Assembly: GCA_000091165.1 (NCBI GenBank) | Contig: FP565575.1 | Coordinates: 2,040,001 to 2,072,000 of the forward strand | Direction: 5' to 3' | DNA: 32,000 nucleotides | Source: Candidatus Methylomirabilis oxygeniifera | GTDB taxonomy: Bacteria > Methylomirabilota > Methylomirabilia > Methylomirabilales > Methylomirabilaceae | In this document: piece after piece, positions 8,531 through 16,754 of the stretch | How the letters are laid out: every line of letters starts with the position of its first letter | Position numbering within the stretch: the first letter of the stretch is position 1 | The notes under the pieces: model-generated | What the model saw: the letters and a program-made list of their open reading frames with translations, nothing else | What the model was told of the DNA's origin: nothing | Databases searched by the model: none | Translations under genes and position numbers: made by a program

Positions 8531-9969
8531 GATGTCTCCTCAGACGTCGAGCGGTTGCCGAGCCGAGTAACCAGAAGCGCTTCGAGTCGGGCGCGGATCG
8601 GCTCAATCGTAATCCGGCTCAGCAGTTCGCTTGCAAATGCATAGGTCAGCAATCGCCGAGTTGCCGCCGGATCGATGCCGCGAGACCGCAGATAAAAAAT
8701 CGCATCCTGGTCATGTTGGCCGATTGTCGTGCCATGCGTACATTTCACGTCGTTGTTGAAGATCTCCAACTGCGGCTTGCTATCGATCACGGCGTCTTCG
8801 GAGAGCAGGAGATTCTTGTTGACCTGCCTGGCATCGGTTTTCCGAGCAGCCCCATGAACAACGACCTTCCCATTAAAGACCCCCCTCGACTTCCCGTCAA
8901 GGATACCCTTATAGAGCTGACGGCTGCTGCAATGCGGCCGGATATGATCGATCCGCGTGTGGTTATCCACGTGCTGCCGACCTGTCGCCATAGACAGGCC
9001 GTTGAGCGTACACTCCGCACCATCCCCATCGAGTGCCACGCCCAGATTATTCCGGACGAGAGCACCGCCAAGATCAATGGTGTGGGACGAGAACGTACCG
9101 CCGCGACCAAGTTGTACCTGCGCGGTTGCCACGTGGAAGGCCTCCTCGCTTTCCCGCTGCACCTTATAATAGTCGATCACTGCGTTCTCGCCTCCGACGA
9201 TCTCAGTAACTGCATTGGTACAATAGACGTCGTGGCCCATGCCGACATAGCTCTCGATAACCCGAACCTGGCTATGAGATTCCACCACGATCAGGTTCCG
9301 CGGATATGACACCGAGGCAACACTGCTCTTATCGTCAGCTCCCCCCTGAAAGCCTGCGGGGACAGGCGACTCGAAGCCTGCGCCGAACTCCGTCGAGGGG
9401 GGCCTACCCAAAGCCGAGTCGCAGGGCGACGAGGACACGAACAGCAGATGGATCGGCGCGTCAACGACCGTACCCTTCGGGATGAATACGAACGCCCCGT
9501 CCTCCATGAAGGCCGTGTTAAGAGCCACAAACGCCTGATTATGGAAACCGGCATGCTGAGCCAGATGCGGTTTGACCGAGGCCGGATTGCAGGCGAGCAC
9601 CGTTGCTAGATTGCTCACCACGACACCTGCCGGAAGCTTCTTCAGCGACGAAAGGTCGGACGAGTAGCAGCCATTCACGAAGACGAGCTGAGCGCACGCC
9701 ACATCCTCAAGGGTAAAGGACTCGATCGGCTCAATCGGTAGCGTTCTCTGAGCCTGTCCTGCGCGTCTGAACGCGGTCGTGATGATCGGGGCGACATTCG
9801 TATACTTCCAATCCTCAAGCCGAGTCGTCGGAAACCCCAGCTCGATGAACCGACCGAACGCCGCTGTGCGGATCTGCTGCGTCCACTGGGGACCCCTGCC
9901 CGCATCATCCCTCTCAAACCGCTCAAAGTCTGCGCGATAACTGTCCAGATCTTCCGCAACTTGAAGCAT
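8527..9969 (-). CDS. sufD: Fe-S cluster assembly protein SufD (with about 32-36 aa low-complexity insertion)
   Basis: The C-terminal SufB/D beta-helix region (NTRIDH..., [29 protein letters not shown]) is typical. It is 480 aa, against about 420-440 aa for the SufD sequences I recall. Confidence 0.9.
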   Translation of the reverse strand: MLQVAEDLDSYRADFERFERDDAGRGPQWTQQIRTAAFGRFIELGFPTTRLEDWKYTNVAPIITTAFRRAGQAQRTLPIEPIESFTLEDVACAQLVFVNGCYSSDLSSLKKLPAGVVVSNLATVLACNPASVKPHLAQHAGFHNQAFVALNTAFMEDGAFVFIPKGTVVDAPIHLLFVSSSPCDSALGRPPSTEFGAGFESPVPAGFQGGADDKSSVASVSYPRNLIVVESHSQVRVIESYVGMGHDVYCTNAVTEIVGGENAVIDYYKVQRESEEAFHVATAQVQLGRGGTFSSHTIDLGGALVRNNLGVALDGDGAECTLNGLSMATGRQHVDNHTRIDHIRPHCSSRQLYKGILDGKSRGVFNGKVVVHGAARKTDARQVNKNLLLSEDAVIDSKPQLEIFNNDVKCTHGTTIGQHDQDAIFYLRSRGIDPAATRRLLTYAFASELLSRITIEPIRARLEALLVTRLGNRSTSEETS

Positions 9970-9985
9970 CGGCTACCGTTGTCTC

Positions 9986-10756
9986 CTACACACGCGCCTG
10001 CTGGGTCAGGCCGGCTTCCGCTTTGATCCAATCATACCCTTTTGCCTCGAGCTCATGCGCCAGATCCCGCCCCCCTGACTTGACGATCCGTCCCTCAAAG
10101 AGCACATGGACGAAGTCGGGAGTAATGTAGTTCAGCAACCGTTGGTAATGGGTAATCAGGATCATGGAACGATCCGGACTTCTGAGCGCATCAATACCCT
10201 TTGCCACGATCCTCAAGGCATCGATATCCAGGCCGGAGTCCGTCTCATCCAAAATCGCCAACTTCGGATCGAGCACGGCCATCTGGAAGATCTCATTTCG
10301 CTTCTTCTCCCCGCCTGAGAAGCCTTCGTTGAGCGAACGATTCAGGAGGCCCTGGTCCAGCTCGACAAGTTTCATCTTTTCCTTAATCAGGTTGAGGAAG
10401 TCGATGGCATCGAGCTCTTCAAGACCGCAGTGCTTTCGTACGGCATTGACGGCCGCCTTCAAGAAGTAACTTGTGTTCACCCCGGGGATCTCGACAGGAT
10501 ATTGGAAGGACAGAAACACCCCCTCGCGAGCGCGCACTTCCGGAGGCATCCGAAGCAGGTCCTTCCCCTCGTACACCACTTCACCGGCCGTGACCTCATA
10601 GCCATCCCGACCGGCCAGTACGTGGGCCAACGTACTCTTACCCGAGCCGTTAGGACCCATGACGGCATGGACCTCGCCATGCCCCACTACCAGATCTACT
10701 CCGCGCAGGATTTCTGCGCCTCCTACCTTCACGTGCAGATTTGTAATTGTGAGCAT
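9986..10756 (-). CDS. sufC: Fe-S cluster assembly ATPase SufC
   Basis: Has Walker A GPNGSGKST, ABC signature FSGGEKKR and Walker B AILDETDSGLD. It is 256 aa. Confidence 0.95.
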   Translation of the reverse strand: MLTITNLHVKVGGAEILRGVDLVVGHGEVHAVMGPNGSGKSTLAHVLAGRDGYEVTAGEVVYEGKDLLRMPPEVRAREGVFLSFQYPVEIPGVNTSYFLKAAVNAVRKHCGLEELDAIDFLNLIKEKMKLVELDQGLLNRSLNEGFSGGEKKRNEIFQMAVLDPKLAILDETDSGLDIDALRIVAKGIDALRSPDRSMILITHYQRLLNYITPDFVHVLFEGRIVKSGGRDLAHELEAKGYDWIKAEAGLTQQARV

Positions 10757-10770
10757 ACACCATGACTATT

Positions 10771-10875
10771 GTCATTGCGAGTGACTGAAGGAGCGAAGCA
10801 ATCCAGCCGTTCTTGAAACCGGGAGGTTTACTCCAAGGGCCGAGATTGCTTCGTCGCCCTGCTCCTCGCAATGAC
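10771..10875. repeat. 105-bp MITE-like palindromic element (copy A) in the sufB-sufC intergenic spacer
   Basis: Terminal inverted arms are gtcattgcgag...gaagcaatc (10771-10803) and gagattgcttcg...ctcgcaatgac (10842-10875). A related copy lies at 15066-15174 with the same termini and a shared internal ccgttctt. Confidence 0.7.
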
Positions 10876-10886
10876 CAATGAGAAGG

Positions 10887-12389
10887 TTACCCGACGCTCC
10901 CCTCGAGACTCACACCCAGCAGCTTCTGAGCCTCCACAGCGAACTCCATCGGCAGTTCGCGTAACACCGTCTTACAGAAGCCGTTGACGATCAGATTGAC
11001 GGCATCCTCAGCCGAGATACCGCGTTGCTTGCAATAGAAGAGTTGGTCCTCGCCGATCTTTGAGGTAGAGGCCTCGTGTTCGAGTTGCGAGGAGTCGTTG
11101 TTCACTTCCAGGTACGGGAACGTATGCGCGCCGCACTGATCGCCGAGCAGCAAGGAGTCGCACTGCGAGTAGTTCCTGGCGCCGGTCGCCCCCTTCATGA
11201 TCTTGACCAGTCCCCGATAGCTGTTCTGCCCGTGGCCGGCGGAGATTCCCTTCGAGATGATAGTGCTCCGGGTGTGCTTCCCAAGGTGAATCATCTTGGT
11301 GCCGGTGTCCGCCTGCTGGTAGTGGTTGGTCAGCGCAACCGAGTAGAACTCCCCGGTCGAATCGTCGCCCTGCAGGATGCAACTCGGGTACTTCCAGGTG
11401 ATCGCCGATCCGGTCTCCACCTGCGTCCACGAAATCTTGGCGCGCCTGCCAAGGCACTTGCCCCGCTTGGTGACAAAGTTGTAGATGCCGCCCTTCCCTT
11501 CCTTGTCGCCCGGATACCAGTTCTGGACCGTTGAGTACTTGATCTGGGCGTCGTCGTGGGCGATCAACTCCACCACCGCCGCGTGCAACTGGTTCTCGTC
11601 CCGCATCGGGGCGGTGCAGCCCTCCAGGTAGCTGACATAGGCGCCCTCATCCGCAATGATCAGTGTCCGTTCGAACTGACCCGTCTCGGCGGCATTGATG
11701 CGAAAGTAGGTCGAAAGCTCCATCGGGCAGCGTACACCTTTCGGGATATAGCAGAACGACCCGTCGCTGAAGACGGCGGAGTTCAGCGTGGCGAAGAAGT
11801 TATCGGTGTAGGGCACCACCGACCCAAGGTACTTTCTGATCAGGTCCGGATGGTTCTGCACCGCCTCGGAAAAAGAGCAGAAAATAATCCCGAGTTCGCC
11901 GAGCTTCCCCTTGAACGTCGTAGCAACCGAGACACTGTCGAAGACCGCATCGACCGCGATGCCGCTGAGCCGCTTCCGCTCCGCCAGGGGGATGCCCAGC
12001 TTCTCGAACGTCTCCAGGAGCTTCGGATCGACCTCATCGAGGCTCTTGGGCCCCTCCGTCTTCTGCTTGGGCGCCGCATAGTACCGGATGCCCTGGTAGT
12101 CAATGGGAGGATACTTGACGTTGGCCCACTTCGGCTCCGCCTCTGACTTTTCCAGCTTCGCCCAATGCCGATAGGCCTTCAGGCGCCACTGAAGCATCCA
12201 GTCGGGCTCATGTTTCTTGGCAGAGATGAGACGAACAATCTCCTCGTTCAGTCCGTGAGGGACAGCCTCCTCCTCGATCTCCGTCACAAACCCGTACTTG
12301 TACTCCTGGTTGGTCAGGGCCTCGATCGCTTTTGAACGACTGTTCATAGCATCCACCTGCATTCGTTCTTCTTTAAACTCATGCGACAT
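10887..12389 (-). CDS. sufB: Fe-S cluster assembly scaffold SufB
   Basis: 500 aa with highly conserved SufB blocks: YGF...[44 protein letters not shown]. Confidence 0.95.
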   Translation of the reverse strand: MSHEFKEERMQVDAMNSRSKAIEALTNQEYKYGFVTEIEEEAVPHGLNEEIVRLISAKKHEPDWMLQWRLKAYRHWAKLEKSEAEPKWANVKYPPIDYQGIRYYAAPKQKTEGPKSLDEVDPKLLETFEKLGIPLAERKRLSGIAVDAVFDSVSVATTFKGKLGELGIIFCSFSEAVQNHPDLIRKYLGSVVPYTDNFFATLNSAVFSDGSFCYIPKGVRCPMELSTYFRINAAETGQFERTLIIADEGAYVSYLEGCTAPMRDENQLHAAVVELIAHDDAQIKYSTVQNWYPGDKEGKGGIYNFVTKRGKCLGRRAKISWTQVETGSAITWKYPSCILQGDDSTGEFYSVALTNHYQQADTGTKMIHLGKHTRSTIISKGISAGHGQNSYRGLVKIMKGATGARNYSQCDSLLLGDQCGAHTFPYLEVNNDSSQLEHEASTSKIGEDQLFYCKQRGISAEDAVNLIVNGFCKTVLRELPMEFAVEAQKLLGVSLEGSVG

Positions 12390-12496
12390 GGTTCCATCAC
12401 CGGTTCTGAGACTTGCGTCCGGCAGGGCCTCTTACCCGCAACGTTTTATACTAGCGCCATCAGCCTCTTTTTTCCACCCCTTTTCCGCGTGGCGCC

Positions 12497-13579
12497 CTAC
12501 CGCATCACCATTACAGGCGCCGTACGGAGCGTATCGGCTGACGCATTGGCAATGCTGATCCTGGCGGCCAGAGCACCCGCTACCTCATGAAACGCCCGCG
12601 CAACAGACGTGTCGGCCGACTCCATAGCCACGGGCCGTCCCTCGTCACTGCTCCGGCGGATGTACGAATCGAGCGGAATTTCACCCAGGAACGGGATCTC
12701 CGCCTTCTCGCTTGCCGCCTTCGCCCCACCATGCCCGAAGATATCCTCGCGGTGGCCGCACTGCGAGCAGGCGTAGTAACTCATATTCTCGACGATCCCC
12801 AGGATCGGCGTCTTGAGCTTGTTGAACATCAAGATGGCCTTGGAGGCCACCTCCAGCGCCACATCCTGGGGAGTCGAGACGATGACGGCACCGGTGAGTG
12901 GAATCGTTTGACACAGGCTCAGTTGGATATCGCCCGTTCCCGGCGGCAGGTCGATCACCAGATAGTCCAACTCTCCCCATTCGACATGGCCTAGGAATTC
13001 CTGGACCATCTTGTGCAACATCGGACCCCGCCAGACCACCGCCTCATTCTTTGGCAGGAAGAACCCCATGGACATGATCTTCACACCATGCATCAGGGGT
13101 GGAATCATCCTCCCCGCTTCCGTCTGCTCCAACGCGCCACCCCCACCCATCAGCTTGGGAATGCACGGGCCGTAGACGTCCGCATCCATCAGTCCGACCC
13201 TGGCGCCCGTCCGCATTAAGGCGACGGCCAGATTTGCCGCCACCGTCGATTTGCCGACCCCTCCTTTGCCGCTCGCGACAGCCACCGTGTTAAGTACCCC
13301 GGACAGGTACGACGGTTGAGGCTCGCGGGAGGTGGTGACACGGGATGTCATGGTGACCTCTACCTGCTCCACACCTGGCAGAGCAGCGACGACTTGTCGG
13401 GCGCCCTCCTCCATCTGCTTCCTGACCGGGCAAGCGGGGGTCGTCAGCTCGATGGCAAATCTCACCTTGCCGCCGTCGATCTGCACGTCCCTGATGAAAC
13501 CAAGCGAGACAATATCGCGATGGAGATCCGGATCCGGGATTTTAGCAAGCGCCTCAAGCACCGCTCGTTCTGTAACCAT
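12497..13579 (-). CDS. apbC: Mrp/ApbC/NBP35-family Fe-S cluster carrier ATPase with N-terminal DUF59 domain
   Basis: Has the N-terminal DUF59 (DPDLHRDIVSLGFI...TTPACP), the deviant Walker A SGKGGVGKST and the CxxC cluster ligand CSQCGH. It is 360 aa. Confidence 0.9.
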   Translation of the reverse strand: MVTERAVLEALAKIPDPDLHRDIVSLGFIRDVQIDGGKVRFAIELTTPACPVRKQMEEGARQVVAALPGVEQVEVTMTSRVTTSREPQPSYLSGVLNTVAVASGKGGVGKSTVAANLAVALMRTGARVGLMDADVYGPCIPKLMGGGGALEQTEAGRMIPPLMHGVKIMSMGFFLPKNEAVVWRGPMLHKMVQEFLGHVEWGELDYLVIDLPPGTGDIQLSLCQTIPLTGAVIVSTPQDVALEVASKAILMFNKLKTPILGIVENMSYYACSQCGHREDIFGHGGAKAASEKAEIPFLGEIPLDSYIRRSSDEGRPVAMESADTSVARAFHEVAGALAARISIANASADTLRTAPVMVMR

Positions 13580-13637
13580 TTCGTTTCTTTGTACTCCCTC
13601 TTCTGCAACTTCACCGGCCTACCCGTCGGCAGACAGG

Positions 13638-13943
13638 TTAAGCGGCTATATCGCTCTGCACCTCTCGCTGGATTTGATCGATCCAGCGTTCCGTACGATC
13701 GCTGGCCGACACTCCCAAGCTCGGCACGTGATCAATATCGGTCGTCGATACGAACTCTCGGACCGTGAAGCCGCAGCGCGAACAGCGCTTATAATAAAAT
13801 TTGTTGTCACCCTCCGCCTGTATCGACCCGACCCGATTCATACGGGCCTGACAACACCGGCTCGGAATAGGAGGAGAAATGATCTTATGAGGATAGCTGT
13901 TCCTGGCCTTCTTCTCTGTGGAGTACTCGATAATGCTGACCAT
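13638..13943 (-). CDS. Hypothetical small Zn-ribbon protein
   Basis: Cysteine pattern is RCCQARMNRV-x21-YKRCSRCGF (CC...CxxC). ATG 13943 is preceded by gggaggg at 5 nt. The longer ORF (start 14051) adds 36 codons with very low GC3, so it is judged non-coding. No family is recognised. Confidence 0.45.
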   Translation of the reverse strand: MVSIIEYSTEKKARNSYPHKIISPPIPSRCCQARMNRVGSIQAEGDNKFYYKRCSRCGFTVREFVSTTDIDHVPSLGVSASDRTERWIDQIQREVQSDIAA

Positions 13944-14106
13944 CTGACCCTCCCGGGCCGATTGTTCCTCCATCTCACCTCGTGGATCAGCAACGGTCTT
14001 GCTCAGCCTCCAATGACGATACCCATAGGAATGACGATGTAAACTACTCATTTTGCCACTCCAGCTTTCCGAGGTCCCTCTAAAGGAGGGAGCTCATCAA
14101 CTACCC

Positions 14107-14502
14107 TCATGACGATGTTGACGTTGAACCGGTTGTAAACCTCGTCCGTTCGGTCTGCGCCAATCCGGCCAAAAGCGCCTCCGTCGCTCCAGCGGAATCG
14201 GAGGGAAGCGTCACGTACGATATCCCCTTGTGGGAGACGGCCCGCGCATCTATCTGAGGTCTTGTCGACACCGCGACAATCGGCAGCGACGGGGCCAGTT
14301 CCTTGATGGCCGCGAGCATCAGGAGACAATCAAGCCCCGGCGTCTCCAGATCCACGATCAGGAGATCGGCGTCAACAACCTCGGCCACCGCCAGCGTTTG
14401 CAGTCCGCACTCACAGACTGTCAGACGGTACCCGTCTTCGCTGAACGCTCTGGACGCCGCGTCCACCAGATCCTCATTATTTGAACACAGCATGACATGC
14501 AT
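14107..14502 (-). CDS. Stand-alone CheY-like receiver domain, atypical (probable pseudo-receiver)
   Basis: DLLIVDLETPGLDCLLMLAAIKE..PSLPIVAVS fits REC beta3-alpha3-beta4. The N-terminal acidic pair reads NN(ED) instead of DD. The conserved Lys-Pro position reads TLP. It is 131 aa with no output domain. Confidence 0.65.
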   Translation of the reverse strand: MHVMLCSNNEDLVDAASRAFSEDGYRLTVCECGLQTLAVAEVVDADLLIVDLETPGLDCLLMLAAIKELAPSLPIVAVSTRPQIDARAVSHKGISYVTLPSDSAGATEALLAGLAQTERTRFTTGSTSTSS

Positions 14503-14671
14503 GTTTATCGATCTCTCATCTGATCCGCTAATAACTCATTGATGAAGCAAAGACCGTACCAGTCAAATGGGCCGGAAGAATGGAGGCAGTTTCCCGTCTA
14601 ACTAACTAGAATTGCTGTGACGGTATGAATTGAGGCAAAATTTCCTTGTCATGGGGACCCTTCGAAAGAGC

Positions 14672-14710
14672 AGGAGTTTTTCCGGGGGGGGAGGAGTTTT
14701 TCCGGGGGGG
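14672..14710. repeat. Tandem direct repeat, 2 x aggagtttttccggggggg, each ending in a G7-G8 tract
   Basis: Read directly. Copies are at 14672-14690 and 14692-14710, separated by one G. They lie 170-210 nt upstream of the receiver gene start. Confidence 0.85.
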
Positions 14711-14925
14711 CGCACTCGTCATCCCCAGCTACGGTACCCCTTTCCTCAGCTTTGGGGTGTGCGACCTCTCCAATGATGGGCGCGGTATCGACCGCAAGCG
14801 GTCCTTACCAATCTCCGGGAAGCTGTCCTGACTCCGAGACCCTCTTTCCCAACGCTTGGGCGATCTGCTCGGCGGATCGGAACCGATCCGCTAGTGTAGT
14901 ACGCCAGAAGTTCCTTTCCTTAGAT

Positions 14926-14954
14926 TGTCATTCCGGGCTTGACCCGGAATCCAG
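14926..14954. repeat. Short palindromic repeat unit (tgtcattccggg-cttga-cccggaatccag)
   Basis: A perfect 8-bp stem attccggg/cccggaat (14930-14937 / 14943-14950) with a 5-nt loop. Its ggaatccag end also pairs with ctggattcc at 14965-14973. Confidence 0.7.
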
Positions 14955-14964
14955 TCTTTCCGCG

Positions 14965-15018
14965 CTGGATTCCCGCTCCCGGCTTACAACGTGCCGGGAC
15001 AAGCTTCGCGGGAATACC
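14965..15018. repeat. Inverted second palindromic unit (ctggattcccgc...gcgggaatacc) with nested inner stem
   Basis: The outer stem is attcccgc 14969-14976 / gcgggaat 15008-15015. The inner stem is cccggc 14978-14983 / gccggg 14993-14998. Confidence 0.7.
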
Positions 15019-15065
15019 CCATGCGCATGAAAGTCTGCGGCGTGAGACTATCACTCTCTTGGCTC

Positions 15066-15174
15066 GTCATTGCGAGCGACCAACGGGAGCGCGGCAATCT
15101 CACCGTTCTTTCCGGCAGCCACGCTCCCCAACAACTATGAGATTGCTTCAGTCGCGATGCTCCTTCGCAATGAC
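15066..15174. repeat. MITE-like palindromic element (copy B), same family as 10771-10875
   Basis: gtcattgcgagcgac...gcggcaatctc (15066-15101) and gagattgcttcag...cttcgcaatgac (15139-15174). The termini match copy A. Confidence 0.7.
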
Positions 15175-15245
15175 CCACGGGCGAGACTCTCTGGGCAATG
15201 ATGGTCTCGAAATCCATGTAAAGAAACGTTGGATACGCTACACGA

Positions 15246-15329
15246 GATGCCGAAGTCCAGGCCAGCGCAGTCGAACTGGAACAGCTCCCGCAGGAGTATT
15301 TGAAACTCCACCACCGGGGCAGTCACCAT
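15246..15329 (-). pseudogene. Remnant of the N-terminus of a large RM-type DNA methyltransferase/helicase protein, truncated at the MITE cluster
   Basis: MVTAPVVEFQILLRELFQFDCAGLDFGI matches the N-terminal block LLRELFQFD.ADLDFGIYRI that I recall from about 1000-1700 aa Eco57I-like/type IIG methylase proteins. Similarity ends after about 28 aa and the frame runs into the MITE at 15174. Confidence 0.3.
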
Positions 15330-15424
15330 CTTCCGTCCATATCGATTATTGAACAGCTAACTGTGGAGCTTACCCGGCGCGAGCGAATAACGCAAAGTGG
15401 TCGGGTGCAGCAACTGGTTGGACG

Positions 15425-16054
15425 TCATGCATCATCTGGCATACGCGGCGACGTTGGCTTGCGCACAAGAACCCCGCTCTTGATCTCGAAGTCCCTGAAC
15501 ACAGAGACAGTATCGCTAACAATGGTGTGGAGATGCTTGATGGCGTCGAGAGCATCTTTCTTCGGCTTCTTACCGCGGGCGTGCGCATATCGATTCCGAA
15601 GCTTCCCGAGACTATCAGCCGCTTTTGCCGCCTCCACGCACAACACAGCGGCCTCCCTTAGGAAGTGCACGATGCCTCCGACCTCGACGTGCTCCAATTG
15701 ATCGAGGGCTAGATCAGGAGGAGGCTTCGCGATTCCTCCATTCCGAATTAGCAATATAGCGCGAAACGCGTCTTTAACTATCCGTTCACCAATAATCCCG
15801 CACATCGCCACGCATGAGTAGAAATAGCCGTCCAAGCAGAGCTCCCGTGCCTCGAGTAGCAGCTGCAGGTACTCATTTTGCGGCTTCTGAAGGATGATGG
15901 GCGGAAGGTCCCAGACCCTTTCTGCGGACTGTACAATCTGCGCTTCGAAGCGGTGTCTGAGGATCGCTTGGAAAGCCTTGCGGGTCTCATCATTCTTCGG
16001 CTGATTCGGGAGTAGGTCTAAGAACACGGCACCGGGCAGGCTCTCATCACTCAT
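15425..16054 (-). CDS. HEPN-superfamily (DUF4145-like) protein, orphan
   Basis: 209 aa. The helical pattern LLLEARELCLDGYFYSCVAMCGIIGERIVKD ... LGKLRNRYAHARG fits the DUF4145/HEPN layout, with Rx4H in RNRYAH. A strong RBS (aggaggg) lies 5 nt before the ATG. Confidence 0.5.
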   Translation of the reverse strand: MSDESLPGAVFLDLLPNQPKNDETRKAFQAILRHRFEAQIVQSAERVWDLPPIILQKPQNEYLQLLLEARELCLDGYFYSCVAMCGIIGERIVKDAFRAILLIRNGGIAKPPPDLALDQLEHVEVGGIVHFLREAAVLCVEAAKAADSLGKLRNRYAHARGKKPKKDALDAIKHLHTIVSDTVSVFRDFEIKSGVLVRKPTSPRMPDDA

Positions 16055-16418
16055 GGCACCCTCCTACTGGACGTCTGCCCACAATTAGACAGACCTGTTT
16101 CATGCCCTAAACACTGCCCCGTCTTGCAGCCTATTGCCTCGGACCTAGATCGAGATACACATCGCATCCATCCGATTCTAAACGGTTTAACATGCATCAC
16201 CGACCCTCCCATCGGCCGACAAGCCGGTCGGCCTGACTGCGAATGGCGCTACGCCTGGTTGAGGATCTGGGTGTCGCTTTTGATCGCGCTGAGATTCCTG
16301 AGACCCAAAGGCCCCTGGACGATCTGGAGGAGGCGCCATCTCCCTGGCCGTGGATGGGCCAACCTTCACCCTCGGTCACTCCCGCACCCTGCCAATGCAA
16401 TACCCTGCACTGACCTGC

Positions 16419-16754
16419 TTATAGTCTGAGGCTCGCCTTATGCGATGACTGGGGCGTTGCTTTACGCTTGGCAGACTTGGCGGGTATCAATGCGATTAAA
16501 GAGCGTAAGGCGACGTTGACAGCGTCCGAGTTAGGAAAATACCGCCGCACATCCGGCTCCAGCATCACCGCGCCATCTTCCAGCGTGAAATATCGAATGC
16601 TTACAGTTCCATCAGCTTGATAAATCTTGACCACATGGCCTTGCCGGTAAGCGCGATAATACCTGCCACGCACACCTTTCTTGCCGCTGAAATCGTATTC
16701 GGGAAGCATATCAGCCTGGTCCACTTCGAGGTGTTTAGTCTTCGCCTTCTTCAT
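16419..16754 (-). CDS. Putative antitoxin partner of BrnT (non-canonical)
   Basis: Overlaps the brnT 3' end by 20 nt. The MLPEYDFSGKKGVRGRY motif is common at the N-terminus of small antitoxin-like proteins. No clear RHH signature was seen. It is 111 aa. Confidence 0.55.
   Translation of the reverse strand: MKKAKTKHLEVDQADMLPEYDFSGKKGVRGRYYRAYRQGHVVKIYQADGTVSIRYFTLEDGAVMLEPDVRRYFPNSDAVNVALRSLIALIPAKSAKRKATPQSSHKASLRL

Noticed and set aside
12390-12496. Possible internal promoter or regulator box between apbC and sufB (tataaa-like hexamer, ttgcg...cgcaa 5-bp inverted repeat).
   Set aside because: The hexamer spacing does not fit a sigma-70 promoter and the inverted repeat is too short to distinguish from chance.
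13944-14051. N-terminal 36-codon extension of the Zn-ribbon ORF (start at 14051).
   Set aside because: Third-codon positions are overwhelmingly A/T, unlike the rest of the gene and genome. A better RBS precedes ATG 13943. The choice remains uncertain.
14672-14710. Possibility that the tandem repeat is a minimal CRISPR array.
   Set aside because: The two copies are separated by a single nucleotide, so there are no spacers. There are no further repeats and no cas genes in the window.
14790-14905. Minus-strand peptide ...NFWRTTLADRFRSAEQIAQALGKRVSESGQLPGDW*, reminiscent of the DP.DRF.SA.E...AL end of a Ser/Thr kinase catalytic domain.
   Set aside because: There are only about 38 codons with no start codon, and the resemblance rests on a short degenerate motif. 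It is possibly a gene fragment, but the evidence is insufficient to call.
14939-15352. ORFs of 137, 77 and 92 aa crossing the 14.9-15.2 kb block.
   Set aside because: They are read straight through the palindromic repeat units, as is typical for this repeat type. Their composition is repeat-driven, not coding.
16243-16413. 56-aa plus-strand ORF (MALRLVEDLGVAFDRAEIPETQRPLDDLEE...) in the gap between the HEPN-like gene and the brnT partner.
   Set aside because: It has no RBS, a Pro/Trp-rich unstructured tail and no recognisable family. It may be a remnant. It is kept only as something to check when looking for a partner of the HEPN-like gene.
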